From Shigella phage ESh25: a DNA stretch of 64,000 bases. Numbering within the stretch: the first letter of the stretch is position 1; the number at the start of each line of letters is the position of its first letter. Made by a program: the position numbers and the translations under genes. The DNA is taken from the sequence record ON528735, one strand, 5' to 3'. Below the pieces are notes generated by a model. It worked only from the letters and a program-made list of their open reading frames with translations, did not search any database and was not told the origin of the DNA. Of this stretch, positions 1-9,878 are shown piece by piece.

Positions 1-1
1 G

Positions 2-598
2 ACTCCGGGTTCTAAAGCTGGTGTATTTGACTTCCAGGACCCAATCGATATTCGTGGTGCTCGCTGGGCAGGTGAATCCTTTAAAGCTCTGTTGTTCCAG
101 ATTGACAAAGAAGCAGTTGAAATTGCTCGTCAGACTGGTCGCGGCGAAGGTAACTTCATTATCGCTTCCCGTAACGTAGTTAACGTTCTGGCTTCAGTTG
201 ATACCGGCATTTCTTATGCTGCACAAGGTCTGGCTACTGGCTTTAACACTGATACTACCAAGTCAGTATTTGCTGGTGTTCTGGGTGGTAAATACCGTGT
301 ATATATCGACCAGTATGCTAAACAGGATTATTTCACCGTAGGTTATAAAGGTCCGAACGAAATGGATGCTGGTATTTACTATGCTCCATATGTAGCTCTG
401 ACTCCGCTGCGTGGTTCTGATCCGAAGAACTTCCAACCGGTAATGGGATTCAAAACTCGTTACGGTATCGGTATCAACCCATTTGCAGAATCCGCTGCTC
501 AGGCTCCGGCTTCTCGCATCCAGAGCGGTATGCCTTCTATTCTGAATAGCCTTGGTAAAAATGCTTACTTCCGCCGTGTATATGTTAAAGGTATCTAA
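2..598 (+). CDS. 23: Major capsid protein gp23, C-terminal portion (5' end outside window)
   Basis: Frame is open from the window edge to stop at 598; lies directly upstream of gene 24 and shares a YAPY-containing C-terminal region with the gp24 paralog; T-even synteny. Confidence 0.8.
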   Translation, partial: TPGSKAGVFDFQDPIDIRGARWAGESFKALLFQIDKEAVEIARQTGRGEGNFIIASRNVVNVLASVDTGISYAAQGLATGFNTDTTKSVFAGVLGGKYRVYIDQYAKQDYFTVGYKGPNEMDAGIYYAPYVALTPLRGSDPKNFQPVMGFKTRYGIGINPFAESAAQAPASRIQSGMPSILNSLGKNAYFRRVYVKGI

Positions 599-612
599 TC
601 TTTGACGATTTA

Positions 613-640
613 AGGGACCTTCGGGTCCCTTTAGTTGTTT
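613..640 (+). terminator. Rho-independent terminator after gene 23
   Basis: agggacc-ttcg-ggtccct hairpin (UUCG loop) followed by a T-rich tract; approximate coordinates. Confidence 0.65.
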
Positions 641-646
641 TTATGG

Positions 647-654
647 TATAAATA
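647..654 (+). promoter_or_regulatory. Late promoter (TATAAATA) for gene 24
   Basis: TATAAATA box about 30 nt upstream of the gene 24 ATG, after the gene 23 terminator; approximate coordinates. Confidence 0.6.
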
Positions 655-681
655 AATCATATAAACCAAAAGGAAAGCGCA

Positions 682-1965
682 ATGGCTAAAATCAACGAAC
701 TTCTGCGCGAATCAACCACAACGAATAGCAACTCAATCGGTCGCCCAAATCTCGTTGCTTTGACTCGCGCTACCACTAAATTAATATATTCTGACATTGT
801 AGCAACGCAAAGAACTAATCAACCTGTTGCTGCTTTTTATGGTATCAAATACCTTAACCCAGACAATGAATTTACATTTAAAACTGGTGCTACTTACGCT
901 GGCGAAGCTGGGTATGTAGACCGAGAACAAATCACAGAATTAACAGAAGAGTCTAAATTAACTCTCAATAAAGGCGATTTATTCAAATATAATAATATCG
1001 TTTATAAAGTATTAGAAGATACACCATTTGCTGATATTGAAGAAAGCGATTTAGAATTAGCTCTTCAGATTGCAATCGTTCTTTTAAAGGTTCGTCTATT
1101 TTCTGATGCTGCAGTAACAAGCAAATTTGAAAACTCTGATAGCGAAATTGCGGATGCTAGATTCCAGATTAATAAATGGCAAACCGCAGTTAAATCTCGT
1201 AAACTTAAAACTGGCATCACAGTTGAATTAGCACAAGATTTAGAAGCAAACGGATTCGATGCTCCTAATTTCTTGGAAGATTTGCTTGCAACTGAAATGG
1301 CGGATGAAATCAATAAAGATATTCTGCAGTCTTTGATTACAGTGTCAAAACGCTATAAAGTTACAGGAATTACTGATACTGGATTCATCGATTTGAGTTA
1401 TGCATCTGCTCCTGAAGCTGGTCGTTCATTATACCGAATGGTATGTGAAATGGTTTCGCATATCCAAAAAGAATCAACTTATACAGCAACGTTCTGTGTT
1501 GCTTCTGCTCGTGCCGCTGCGATTCTTGCTGCATCAGGTTGGTTAAAACATAAACCAGAAGATGACAAATATCTTTCACAAAATGCCTACGGGTTCTTAG
1601 CTAATGGTTTACCGCTTTATTGCGATACTAACAGCCCATTAGATTATGTAATCGTTGGCGTAGTAGAAAATATCGGTGAAAAAGAAATTGTTGGATCAAT
1701 TTTCTATGCTCCGTATACAGAAGGTCTTGACTTAGATGACCCTGAACATGTAGGTGCATTTAAAGTTGTTGTTGATCCAGAAAGCTTACAACCGTCTATC
1801 GGTTTATTAGTTAGATATGCTTTATCAGCAAATCCTTATACCGTAGCAAAAGATGAAAAAGAAGCAAGAATAATTGACGGTGGAGACATGGATAAAATGG
1901 CGGGTCGTTCAGATTTGTCTGTTTTATTAGGTGTTAAGCTACCAAAAATTATCATTGATGAATAA
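682..1965 (+). CDS. 24: Head vertex protein gp24
   Basis: 427 aa, same length as T4 gp24; paralog of gp23; preceded by TATAAATA late promoter and RBS. Confidence 0.9.
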   Translation: MAKINELLRESTTTNSNSIGRPNLVALTRATTKLIYSDIVATQRTNQPVAAFYGIKYLNPDNEFTFKTGATYAGEAGYVDREQITELTEESKLTLNKGDLFKYNNIVYKVLEDTPFADIEESDLELALQIAIVLLKVRLFSDAAVTSKFENSDSEIADARFQINKWQTAVKSRKLKTGITVELAQDLEANGFDAPNFLEDLLATEMADEINKDILQSLITVSKRYKVTGITDTGFIDLSYASAPEAGRSLYRMVCEMVSHIQKESTYTATFCVASARAAAILAASGWLKHKPEDDKYLSQNAYGFLANGLPLYCDTNSPLDYVIVGVVENIGEKEIVGSIFYAPYTEGLDLDDPEHVGAFKVVVDPESLQPSIGLLVRYALSANPYTVAKDEKEARIIDGGDMDKMAGRSDLSVLLGVKLPKIIIDE

Positions 1966-1969
1966 AATA

Positions 1970-1995
1970 AAGGGACCGAAAGGTCCCTTTTTATT
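1970..1995. terminator. Bidirectional terminator between gene 24 and rnlB
   Basis: agggacc-gaaa-ggtccct hairpin flanked by A-runs and T-runs between convergent genes. Confidence 0.65.
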
Positions 1996-2999
1996 TAGCT
2001 CACCAACTCAATCCAAGCTGGACGAAGTACATCTTGTACCATTTTAACTAATTCTTTTTTAATCAAAGAAGGATTATCTGCTTGAGTTAGAGTAATACCT
2101 TCACGAGAAGTTTCTTCCAAAATATCTTGAACAGTTAGCCCCATCACCTTTCCAAAATCCTTTGGACCAATTTCGCCAATTTTAGAAATAACGTTATTTA
2201 CCCGGTTCAGTGTAACGTAACAAGCTAAAATTCCCACCAATTTGTTATCAGCTTCTGATAGCTCAACTTTAGCTTTAATAGGCTTATCAGACTTTTTCTT
2301 TTCACTAAATTTGGAATTCTTGCATTTGATGGCTACACGATTGCGATTAGGCAGCCAAGAAGGATAACAAGGTTTCAATACATATCCTTCAGCGGTAAAT
2401 ACTTCGCCTTTTACTTCAGCATTCCAAACGCATTTATTTGCATCAACTAATCCAGCATGGTCTACCGTAAAATTATAATCCTGGACGACAGAATCTAAAT
2501 CATTTGGCAATTTAATAAGTTCTTCAAATTTACCGCGACCTAAAAGTGGAGCCATTTTAAATTTAAATGTATTGCAGAATGATTCCATCATATAATCATC
2601 GACATAAGTCACATCACCACTTTCTGTAGTAACAATAATGTCAAATACATAGAAATCTTTATCACCATAATCAACATTCTTCTGAATGCCAGGTCCAGCG
2701 AATTCGCCAAAAACTTGATAAGTCACAACAGCTGAAGTTTCCATAATATCTTGTACTGCTTTAATGGAATCAGCGTAATTCTTTAGAATAATTTCATACC
2801 CAAAGAAATCTTCAGCAGGAAGAATCGGTCCAGTACGTTTAGCGCAAGTTACTTTATCACGCTCAATAATCAATGAGAAATTTGTGCCGTGAATCTTTTC
2901 ACGAGCTACCCATTCGCCGCCAGTCAATCCCAAGCTATAAAGTTTTTCAATAAATTTAGAGTTGTAATGATTTTCAAGACTGCTATACTTTTTAAACAT
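1995..2999 (-). CDS. rnlB: RNA ligase 2
   Basis: 334 aa as T4 Rnl2; nucleotidyltransferase motif I EKIHGTN near N-terminus; position after gene 24. Confidence 0.9.
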   Translation of the reverse strand: MFKKYSSLENHYNSKFIEKLYSLGLTGGEWVAREKIHGTNFSLIIERDKVTCAKRTGPILPAEDFFGYEIILKNYADSIKAVQDIMETSAVVTYQVFGEFAGPGIQKNVDYGDKDFYVFDIIVTTESGDVTYVDDYMMESFCNTFKFKMAPLLGRGKFEELIKLPNDLDSVVQDYNFTVDHAGLVDANKCVWNAEVKGEVFTAEGYVLKPCYPSWLPNRNRVAIKCKNSKFSEKKKSDKPIKAKVELSEADNKLVGILACYVTLNRVNNVISKIGEIGPKDFGKVMGLTVQDILEETSREGITLTQADNPSLIKKELVKMVQDVLRPAWIELVS

Positions 3000-3008
3000 A
3001 ATTAATCC

Positions 3009-3287
3009 TCAAAATGTAATTTCTAACCAATCACCATCACGCTGATCACTATTGACTTTAAAATTAAATCCTTCTTTTCTCAGCCAATCACCAATTTCTT
3101 CAGTAATCAATTTATCACGAGCAGTACAATAATAACTAAAATATGTTTTACCTTGTTCAGCTGCTTTATTAGCAAGTTCTGAAAAATCTTTAATAAAACA
3201 CTCTAGCTTAAACTGTTTACTTTTTAATGCTTTTTCACGTAATTGATTAGCAAAAGATTCATTTTCATAAAGATCATACTGTTCCAT
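3009..3287 (-). CDS. Hypothetical protein (24.2 position)
   Basis: 92 aa ORF, synteny with T4 24.2. Confidence 0.6.
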   Translation of the reverse strand: MEQYDLYENESFANQLREKALKSKQFKLECFIKDFSELANKAAEQGKTYFSYYCTARDKLITEEIGDWLRKEGFNFKVNSDQRDGDWLEITF

Positions 3288-3489
3288 TTTTCACCTTTTT
3301 ATTAATGTGTCTTTTTCTATAGACAACTTTTTCTCGAGTCTCAAATTTATTCTTTGCAGTCATAGCTCGAGCCCATAATACAGCCACTTCTTTCGCCTGT
3401 AAGTTTAATTCACGAGCAATTTCAATGAATGACTTTCCAGACTCATGAAGCGTAAACACCACAACTTCAGTTCTCATAATCAATCTCAT
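3274..3489 (-). CDS. Hypothetical small protein with HTH-like segment (24.3 position)
   Basis: 71 aa ORF; GKSFIEIARELNLQAKEV resembles a helix-turn-helix; overlaps 24.2 start. Confidence 0.55.
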   Translation of the reverse strand: MRLIMRTEVVVFTLHESGKSFIEIARELNLQAKEVAVLWARAMTAKNKFETREKVVYRKRHINKKVKNGTV

Positions 3490-3555
3490 GTTATCGAGTT
3501 GGTGCCATTATATACATCATTTTCTGATTGTGTTTTGTGTGCTTTCAAAATGAAA

Positions 3556-3578
3556 AAAGGGGCCGAAGCCCCTTATGA
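3556..3578 (-). terminator. Terminator downstream of hoc
   Basis: ggggc-cgaa-gcccc hairpin with a U-run on the minus strand. Confidence 0.55.
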
Positions 3579-3584
3579 TTATGA

Positions 3585-4721
3585 TTATGGATAAGTATAG
3601 ATGATACCAGTTTCTAAAGCAGTTTTATGGATGATGTATCCATTACGTGATTCTTGAACATCAACTTCTGGATAATCTTTCATCATCTTCTGAAGCGTAT
3701 AACGATGCAAGTAGTACTTACTATCTGGATCATCAGTTTTCCAATCTTTACCTTCTTCTGTCATTTTTTGGATTTCATCCATAACCCACCAACCGCACCA
3801 GATATAAGCTGAAGTACGATGTGGAAGAGGATGAACATAAGGCAATTCACCTTCTGGTTCCGGAGCAACTTTATCAGTTACCTGAACTTGACCTGTTGTT
3901 TTAACTGTTTTACTATCATAGTCGGTTGCTGTAACGACAGCAGTAACTTCAATAGTTTGACTTCCAATAGATGAGGTGTCAACGGTGTATACGTTAGTTG
4001 ACCCTTCTACAGGAGAAGAATCTTTCTTCCATGAATAAGTAATTTGTGCTGCTTCAGGTGCTCCAGTAACATTAGCCGTAAATGTAGCCGAAGCATCTTG
4101 CTGAACGTTAATAGAAGGAGGAGTCAATGTAACCTGTGGATTCATTGTCTTCTTATTAACTGTCAATGATACTTCATTAGAAGTAACTTCCTTTTCATTG
4201 TAATTTTCTGCAGTTACTTGCGCTACACATTTAATTCTTTTTACTCCACTTGTAGTTGGAGTATAGTTAAATGTAGAGTTAGTTTCTCCACCAATTTGAG
4301 AATCATCTACATACCACTTATATGTAGCAGACGCTCCATCAGGTTGAGAAGCTAAGGCAGCGGTAAATTGAACTGGAGTTCCAATTACTCCAGCTGAAGG
4401 ACTATTAGGAGTTACTGTTATTGTAGTAGTCTGTGTCTTATTTTGAACTGTGATAGTTGTCGTAGTTTCTGCTGTTTCAGGTTCAGCTTCAGATTCTGGA
4501 ACTGTATTTGTTGCAACTACTTTAATAGTCTTTTGACCTGCAGGTCCTTTTAGTACATAGCTAAAAGTTGCTTCAGCTCCATCCTGTGGAACATTATCTA
4601 CACTCCAAGCATAGGTAATAGTTCCACCTTCAGTTTGACCACTGGGTGCAGCAGTAAACTGCTTGGTTTCATCAATAACTCCTGTTGGGGTTTTAGGAGT
4701 TATATCAACTGTAAAAGTCAT
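3585..4721 (-). CDS. hoc: Hoc, highly immunogenic outer capsid protein
   Basis: 378 aa (T4 Hoc 376); three tandem Ig-like repeats (TYAWSVDN.., TYKWYVDD.., TYSWKKDS..) plus C-terminal capsid-binding region; synteny. Confidence 0.85.
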   Translation of the reverse strand: MTFTVDITPKTPTGVIDETKQFTAAPSGQTEGGTITYAWSVDNVPQDGAEATFSYVLKGPAGQKTIKVVATNTVPESEAEPETAETTTTITVQNKTQTTTITVTPNSPSAGVIGTPVQFTAALASQPDGASATYKWYVDDSQIGGETNSTFNYTPTTSGVKRIKCVAQVTAENYNEKEVTSNEVSLTVNKKTMNPQVTLTPPSINVQQDASATFTANVTGAPEAAQITYSWKKDSSPVEGSTNVYTVDTSSIGSQTIEVTAVVTATDYDSKTVKTTGQVQVTDKVAPEPEGELPYVHPLPHRTSAYIWCGWWVMDEIQKMTEEGKDWKTDDPDSKYYLHRYTLQKMMKDYPEVDVQESRNGYIIHKTALETGIIYTYP

Positions 4722-4730
4722 AAGTTATCC

Positions 4731-5411
4731 TTATTTTAATGTTACGAAAGAAGAATTGCGTGTTTCACGAATTAGAACTGATCCGTCACGATTAATGTAG
4801 TAAATTAAGCTAAACAAAGTTTGATGCGCAGACGCATGTTCAAAACTGGTTGGGCGAGATTTCCAATCTGGGGTTTCAGCAATCCATTGATAAATCCACC
4901 AAGGAACAGTGCAGAATCCTGGATTTTTTCCAATCAGCTGAAGATTCGGACTAAAGTTTTCCGGAAGAGTAAATACAGACGGCTTTTCAGATTCAATAAT
5001 CTCAGCTACAGCCTGTTCGAATTTTTCTTCAACAAAAGGAGTATCTTCAATTAAAACAGTGGTATTTTCAGGAATTTTATCCGTTTCTACTACTTCAATT
5101 TTAATGTCAGATTTAACCGGAGAATCAATCAGAAGTGCTGCCTCTGGATTGACTTCTTCATCGTCATATTTTAATCCGTCTGCAGCATCAGCAGCATCAA
5201 TTAAGTCTTTAATAGATAACCCATCAGTCTCTGGCATAGGTTCACTAGCGAGCTTCTGGAGAGCTTCTTCAATATCATTAACGATATTATCAAAAGATTT
5301 ATTCTTTTTGACCTTTATACCAAACTGTTCAGCATATTCAGCTAATTTAGCTTTAGCTTCTTTATTATCATCAAGAGCCTTCAGCTCTGCAATATAATCT
5401 TTATCTATCAT
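4731..5411 (-). CDS. inh: Inh, inhibitor of prohead protease
   Basis: 226 aa, acidic; position between hoc and uvsW as in T4. Confidence 0.75.
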   Translation of the reverse strand: MIDKDYIAELKALDDNKEAKAKLAEYAEQFGIKVKKNKSFDNIVNDIEEALQKLASEPMPETDGLSIKDLIDAADAADGLKYDDEEVNPEAALLIDSPVKSDIKIEVVETDKIPENTTVLIEDTPFVEEKFEQAVAEIIESEKPSVFTLPENFSPNLQLIGKNPGFCTVPWWIYQWIAETPDWKSRPTSFEHASAHQTLFSLIYYINRDGSVLIRETRNSSFVTLK

Positions 5412-5460
5412 AATATTTCCTCAGTATAAATATAGATATATTTATTACTCGGAAAATAGT

Positions 5461-6078
5461 ATGTACCACTTTGTATATGAAACAACAAATCTAATAAATG
5501 GTAAAAAGTATATAGGAAAACACTCTACTGATGACTTGAATGATGGTTACCTTGGTTCCGGTAAGGCAATTCAGCAGGCTATAAAGAAATATGGTGAAAA
5601 CAATTTCTCTAGAACAATACTAAAAGAGTTTAAAACTTCCGAAGAAGCGTACATGTATGAAGAAGAAATTATAACTCCTGAAATAATAAAAAGCAAAAAT
5701 TATTATAATATGAAACCCGGTGGAATTGGTGGAATTGTTATGACTACAGAGGTTATAGCAAAGATGAAAGAATCTTCCGCTAAGAGATTTGAAAACTCAC
5801 CGGGCACGGTATTAGGTACAACTTGTTACACTAATGGAACTAAAAATATTTTTATTAAACCTGGAGAACTTGTTCCAGAAGGATTTGTAAAAGGGATGGT
5901 TCATCCTAATAGAAAGTCCAGAAAAGGATGTAAAGTCAAACCGACTACCACAGGAACTTTTTGGGTCAATAATGGTGCAATAAATAAATTAATACAGCCA
6001 GACGGTATTATTCCCGACGGATTTATTAAAGGTCGTCTCATGAAAAGAGATTCTAAAGGCAAATTTAGTAAGGCATAA
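5461..6078 (+). CDS. GIY-YIG homing endonuclease, free-standing (Seg family; SegD/SegE position)
   Basis: 205 aa; N-terminal GIY-YIG-like module (KYIGKHS...YLGSGKAIQQAIKKYG); opposite strand to flanking genes; between inh and uvsW. Confidence 0.75.
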   Translation: MYHFVYETTNLINGKKYIGKHSTDDLNDGYLGSGKAIQQAIKKYGENNFSRTILKEFKTSEEAYMYEEEIITPEIIKSKNYYNMKPGGIGGIVMTTEVIAKMKESSAKRFENSPGTVLGTTCYTNGTKNIFIKPGELVPEGFVKGMVHPNRKSRKGCKVKPTTTGTFWVNNGAINKLIQPDGIIPDGFIKGRLMKRDSKGKFSKA

Positions 6079-6080
6079 TT

Positions 6081-7589
6081 ATGGATATTAAAGTACATTT
6101 TCACGACTTCAGTCATGTACGCATCGATTGTGAAGAGAGCACGTTCCACGAATTAAGAGATTTCTTTTCGTTTGAGGCCGATGGATATAGATTTAACCCT
6201 CGCTTCAGATATGGCAACTGGGATGGACGAATCCGTCTTTTAGATTATAATCGTCTTCTTCCGTTTGGTTTAGTCGGGCAAATTAAAAAGTTCTGTGATA
6301 ACTTTGGCTATAAAGCCTGGATTGACCCACAAATTAACGAAAAAGAAGAATTATCAAGAAAAGATTTTGATGAATGGCTTTCTAAATTAGAAATCTATTC
6401 AGGAAATAAAAGAATTGAACCACACTGGTATCAAAAAGATGCAGTGTTCGAAGGATTAGTTAATCGTCGTAGAATTCTTAATCTTCCAACATCCGCAGGT
6501 AAATCTTTAATTCAGGCTCTGCTCGCTCGGTATTATTTGGAAAATTACGAAGGTAAAATTCTTATCATTGTTCCAACAACTGCTCTAACAACTCAGATGG
6601 CTGATGACTTCGTTGACTATCGTTTATTCAGTCATGCAATGATAAAGAAAATTGGTGGCGGAGCATCAAAAGATGATAAATATAAAAATGATGCACCAGT
6701 CGTTGTTGGTACATGGCAAACTGTAGTTAAACAACCAAAAGAATGGTTCTCACAGTTTGGAATGATGATGAATGATGAATGTCATCTTGCTACAGGAAAA
6801 AGTATTTCATCTATCATATCAGGTTTAAATAACTGCATGTTCAAATTTGGTCTATCTGGTTCATTACGTGATGGCAAAGCCAATATCATGCAGTATGTTG
6901 GAATGTTTGGTGAAATATTTAAGCCAGTAACGACTTCTAAATTAATGGAAGATGGACAAGTAACTGAGCTAAAAATTAATAGTATTTTTCTTCGCTATCC
7001 CGATGAATTCACTACTAAATTAAAGGGAAAAACTTATCAAGAAGAAATAAAAATTATTACTGGGCTTAGTAAAAGAAATAAATGGATCGCTAAATTAGCT
7101 ATTAAGCTTGCGCAAAAAGATGAAAACGCTTTTGTCATGTTTAAACATGTATCACATGGTAAAGCTATTTTCGATTTAATTAAAAATGAATACGATAAAG
7201 TTTATTACGTATCAGGGGAAGTTGATACCGAAACCCGCAATATAATGAAAACCTTAGCTGAAAATGGTAAAGGAATAATTATAGTAGCTAGTTATGGTGT
7301 ATTTTCTACTGGTATTTCAGTTAAAAATCTGCATCACGTTGTTTTAGCGCACGGTGTTAAATCAAAAATCATTGTATTACAAACAATCGGTCGTGTATTA
7401 CGTAAGCATGGTTCTAAGACAATAGCAACAGTCTGGGACCTCATAGATGATTGTGGTGTTAAGCCAAAATCTGCTAATACGAAAAAGAAATATGTTCATT
7501 TGAACTATCTTTTAAAACACGGCATTGATCGTATTCAGCGCTACGCAGATGAAAAATTTAATTACGTAATGAAAACAGTTAATTTATAA
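6081..7589 (+). CDS. uvsW: UvsW recombination/repair helicase
   Basis: 502 aa; SF2 helicase motifs (LPTSAGKS, DECH); T4 synteny. Confidence 0.9.
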   Translation: MDIKVHFHDFSHVRIDCEESTFHELRDFFSFEADGYRFNPRFRYGNWDGRIRLLDYNRLLPFGLVGQIKKFCDNFGYKAWIDPQINEKEELSRKDFDEWLSKLEIYSGNKRIEPHWYQKDAVFEGLVNRRRILNLPTSAGKSLIQALLARYYLENYEGKILIIVPTTALTTQMADDFVDYRLFSHAMIKKIGGGASKDDKYKNDAPVVVGTWQTVVKQPKEWFSQFGMMMNDECHLATGKSISSIISGLNNCMFKFGLSGSLRDGKANIMQYVGMFGEIFKPVTTSKLMEDGQVTELKINSIFLRYPDEFTTKLKGKTYQEEIKIITGLSKRNKWIAKLAIKLAQKDENAFVMFKHVSHGKAIFDLIKNEYDKVYYVSGEVDTETRNIMKTLAENGKGIIIVASYGVFSTGISVKNLHHVVLAHGVKSKIIVLQTIGRVLRKHGSKTIATVWDLIDDCGVKPKSANTKKKYVHLNYLLKHGIDRIQRYADEKFNYVMKTVNL

Positions 7590-7614
7590 GGGCTTCGGCC
7601 CTTTGGAGAAAAAG

Positions 7615-7848
7615 ATGTTACTAGAATTTAAACAATTTCTTTATGAAGCTTCTATTGATGAATTTATGGGTAAAATTGCCTCTTGTCAAACATTAGAAGG
7701 TTTAGAAGAACTTGAAGCTTATTATAAGAAAAGAGTTAAAGAAACTGAATTAAAAGATACTGATGACATCTCTGTGAGAGATGCTTTGGCAGGAAAAAGA
7801 GCTGAATTAGAAGATTCAGACGATGATGAAGTAGAAGAAAGCTTTTAA
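7615..7848 (+). CDS. uvsW.1: UvsW.1 small acidic protein
   Basis: ATG with GGAG RBS just after uvsW; the track start at 7603 is a TTG, so the ATG at 7615 is preferred. Confidence 0.7.
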   Translation: MLLEFKQFLYEASIDEFMGKIASCQTLEGLEELEAYYKKRVKETELKDTDDISVRDALAGKRAELEDSDDDEVEESF

Positions 7849-7855
7849 ATTAAAA

Positions 7856-7882
7856 AAGGCCCAACCAAAAAGGAAGGGCCAA
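7856..7882 (-). terminator. Terminator downstream of the uvsY cluster
   Basis: ggccc...gggcc stem followed by TTTTTT on the minus strand. Confidence 0.45.
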
Positions 7883-7903
7883 AACTATAGACTAAAGGTC
7901 ACA

Positions 7904-8071
7904 CTATAGCAAAAGTTGTGTTTCATTTAGTTGTTCTTCCGAACTTTCTGAAACTGATAGTTCTTTAATGTAATTATAACAAGGCCCAGGATGTACAGGA
8001 CCTTTGTCTGTTTCAACAACCAATGCAGAATCGATTGGAGTTTTACAGACAACGCAAATCTTATCTGACAT
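7904..8071 (-). CDS. Small zinc-ribbon-like protein (uvsY.-2 position)
   Basis: About 55 aa, MSDKICVVCK...PGPCYNY, two Cys pairs; below ORF-track cutoff; hand-counted coordinates. Confidence 0.5.
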   Translation of the reverse strand: MSDKICVVCKTPIDSALVVETDKGPVHPGPCYNYIKELSVSESSEEQLNETQLLL

Positions 8072-8099
8072 GATTGTCTCCTCTAAATTATATATCTAT

Positions 8100-8324
8100 T
8101 TATATAACTCTCATATGCATATCAATGCCCATATCTTTGGAATAAAAATATTCATCAAGATATCCAGCAAATTTTCCTTTAACATAAAGTACATCTTCAC
8201 CGCATGGGTGGTCGGCCAGGATACGAATATCCTGACGCTTGAGATTATACTTTTTCATTAAGAATTGAATTTCCGTTTCGAATTCTTCTTCATAATTAAA
8301 AGCATCATCAATGCTATATTTCAT
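8100..8324 (-). CDS. Hypothetical protein (uvsY.-1 position)
   Basis: 74 aa ORF directly downstream of uvsY. Confidence 0.6.
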   Translation of the reverse strand: MKYSIDDAFNYEEEFETEIQFLMKKYNLKRQDIRILADHPCGEDVLYVKGKFAGYLDEYFYSKDMGIDMHMRVI

Positions 8325-8737
8325 TATTTTCCAGCCTCAAATGCTCGCATGTCTTGAATATGCTTAATAGCAAATCCGCGTGATTTAATAGCATCAAGAG
8401 CTCCGCTACAGAAATCCAATAAAATTCCCCAATATTGTAATGAAGTATCAACTTTTAAAACATCCTTATCAGCTGATAGAACTGTCTTCATTTCTGATTT
8501 CTCATAACGGTCCATACTAAATTCATCACCATCTCCTCGTCCCGAGTAGTAGTCTAATTTAGCTTTAAGAGCAACTTTTTTCTGTGCTTCAATTCTAAGC
8601 ATTTCCTTTTTAATACTTGAATGCTTATTGAGCCATTTACTATATAACATCACATTATTAGCTGCTTCATACTGCAATTTAGTCGAATCTATAAACACAT
8701 CTTTCTTCAATTCTTCTTGAAGATCTTCTAATCTCAT
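8324..8737 (-). CDS. uvsY: UvsY recombination mediator
   Basis: 137 aa as T4 UvsY; MotA-type middle promoter upstream. Confidence 0.9.
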   Translation of the reverse strand: MRLEDLQEELKKDVFIDSTKLQYEAANNVMLYSKWLNKHSSIKKEMLRIEAQKKVALKAKLDYYSGRGDGDEFSMDRYEKSEMKTVLSADKDVLKVDTSLQYWGILLDFCSGALDAIKSRGFAIKHIQDMRAFEAGK

Positions 8738-8777
8738 ATTGTTCTCTATTCAATTGTTATTGGATGGACTTAGATTC

Positions 8778-8803
8778 ATTATACCACGTATAAACGTGAA
8801 GCA
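8778..8803 (-). promoter_or_regulatory. MotA-dependent middle promoter for uvsY
   Basis: Minus strand reads aaTGCTTCA, 13 nt, TATAAT (MotA box plus -10) upstream of uvsY; approximate coordinates. Confidence 0.6.
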
Positions 8804-9202
8804 TTATACTCTATTACTGGAAGCCAGTTGTAGTTTTATCTGCTCAATATCATCAGGGTTATCGATGACTGAAAAGCGTATTTCTACTATCAAAGTATAA
8901 TCATCATAAACCGGTATTACATTAACTGCTAATTTATCAATACGTGGCTCATAGTTTCTTACTGCGCTTTCGATGTTACGCTCAACTGTGTCAGCAGTAA
9001 GAGGAGTCATATTTTCAAAAAGCTGGTCTGATAAATCACATCCAAATTCAGGGTCAAACGGTCTTGAACCTTTTCTTGTTGTAATAATTCCCAAAAGACT
9101 GTTTTTAATTGACCTTAATCCAAGCGATCTGGAAACGTCTTTGTCCCAGTCCATTTTCATTTCTGGGTCGATGTCAGAATAAAGCTTATTAATATTTGCC
9201 AT
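8804..9202 (-). CDS. 25: Baseplate wedge protein gp25
   Basis: 132 aa as T4 gp25; synteny. Confidence 0.9.
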   Translation of the reverse strand: MANINKLYSDIDPEMKMDWDKDVSRSLGLRSIKNSLLGIITTRKGSRPFDPEFGCDLSDQLFENMTPLTADTVERNIESAVRNYEPRIDKLAVNVIPVYDDYTLIVEIRFSVIDNPDDIEQIKLQLASSNRV

Positions 9203-9828
9203 TATAGTAACTCAAAGAACTCTTTGAGGCCTCTTATTACATGAGCATGGGTTTTTCCACACTCTGGACATTTAATTGGAACAGCCAAATAAACGGTAGG
9301 CTTTAAAAGCATATCTTTTATAGCTACAATATCTGACTCTGTGATGATAGAATATAAATCTTCTAGTTCCTTTTCATTTAAGTCTTCAACTGGAATGCTT
9401 TCCCCGTTAGCATGAATCGTTTCTATGCATGATACTATCATGTGGGCTATATTTTTATCATCAAAAATTTTAGGGTATCGGAATTTAATTTTAATGTCAC
9501 CCAGTGTATACCAGAGGTCTTCTGGTGCATCTATTTGTGTATGTAATAGATTTATATGGGTTGGTATTTCAGTTCCACAGGTGCACTTCCAGGAGTTTTC
9601 GTGATTAACTTCACCAAGAGAATGTGCCCATAAATGAATCAACAGTAGTTCTGATTCTTGGCGGTTTAAATCTTTTGCATTTGTGCAGTCTTTGATTAGC
9701 TTTTTAACAATTACTTCTACAGAACCATTATTTTTGGCAGTAATAAGTTCTAGATATTCTTTAAGCGTGAATGCGCGACAGTTGATTATTTTAGAACCAA
9801 CTCTCACATCAAATTTGTATTCATACAT
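9202..9828 (-). CDS. 26: Baseplate hub protein gp26
   Basis: 208 aa as T4 gp26; divergent from gene 51 across a bidirectional late promoter. Confidence 0.9.
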   Translation of the reverse strand: MYEYKFDVRVGSKIINCRAFTLKEYLELITAKNNGSVEVIVKKLIKDCTNAKDLNRQESELLLIHLWAHSLGEVNHENSWKCTCGTEIPTHINLLHTQIDAPEDLWYTLGDIKIKFRYPKIFDDKNIAHMIVSCIETIHANGESIPVEDLNEKELEDLYSIITESDIVAIKDMLLKPTVYLAVPIKCPECGKTHAHVIRGLKEFFELL

Positions 9829-9850
9829 ATTTAGCTCCTTTATTTATCAT

Positions 9851-9861
9851 ATTTATAAATA
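9851..9861. promoter_or_regulatory. Bidirectional late promoter between genes 26 and 51
   Basis: TATTTATAAATA contains TATAAATA on both strands in the divergent 26/51 intergenic region; approximate coordinates. Confidence 0.55.
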
Positions 9862-9878
9862 GAATAAAAGGAGCATCT

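Noticed and set aside
1065-1579. Antisense ORFs of 82 and 64 aa inside gene 24
   Set aside because: Embedded in a conserved structural gene on the opposite strand with no start signals; similar antisense ORFs inside inh, nrdA, nrdB, 32, 34 and 37 were rejected for the same reason.
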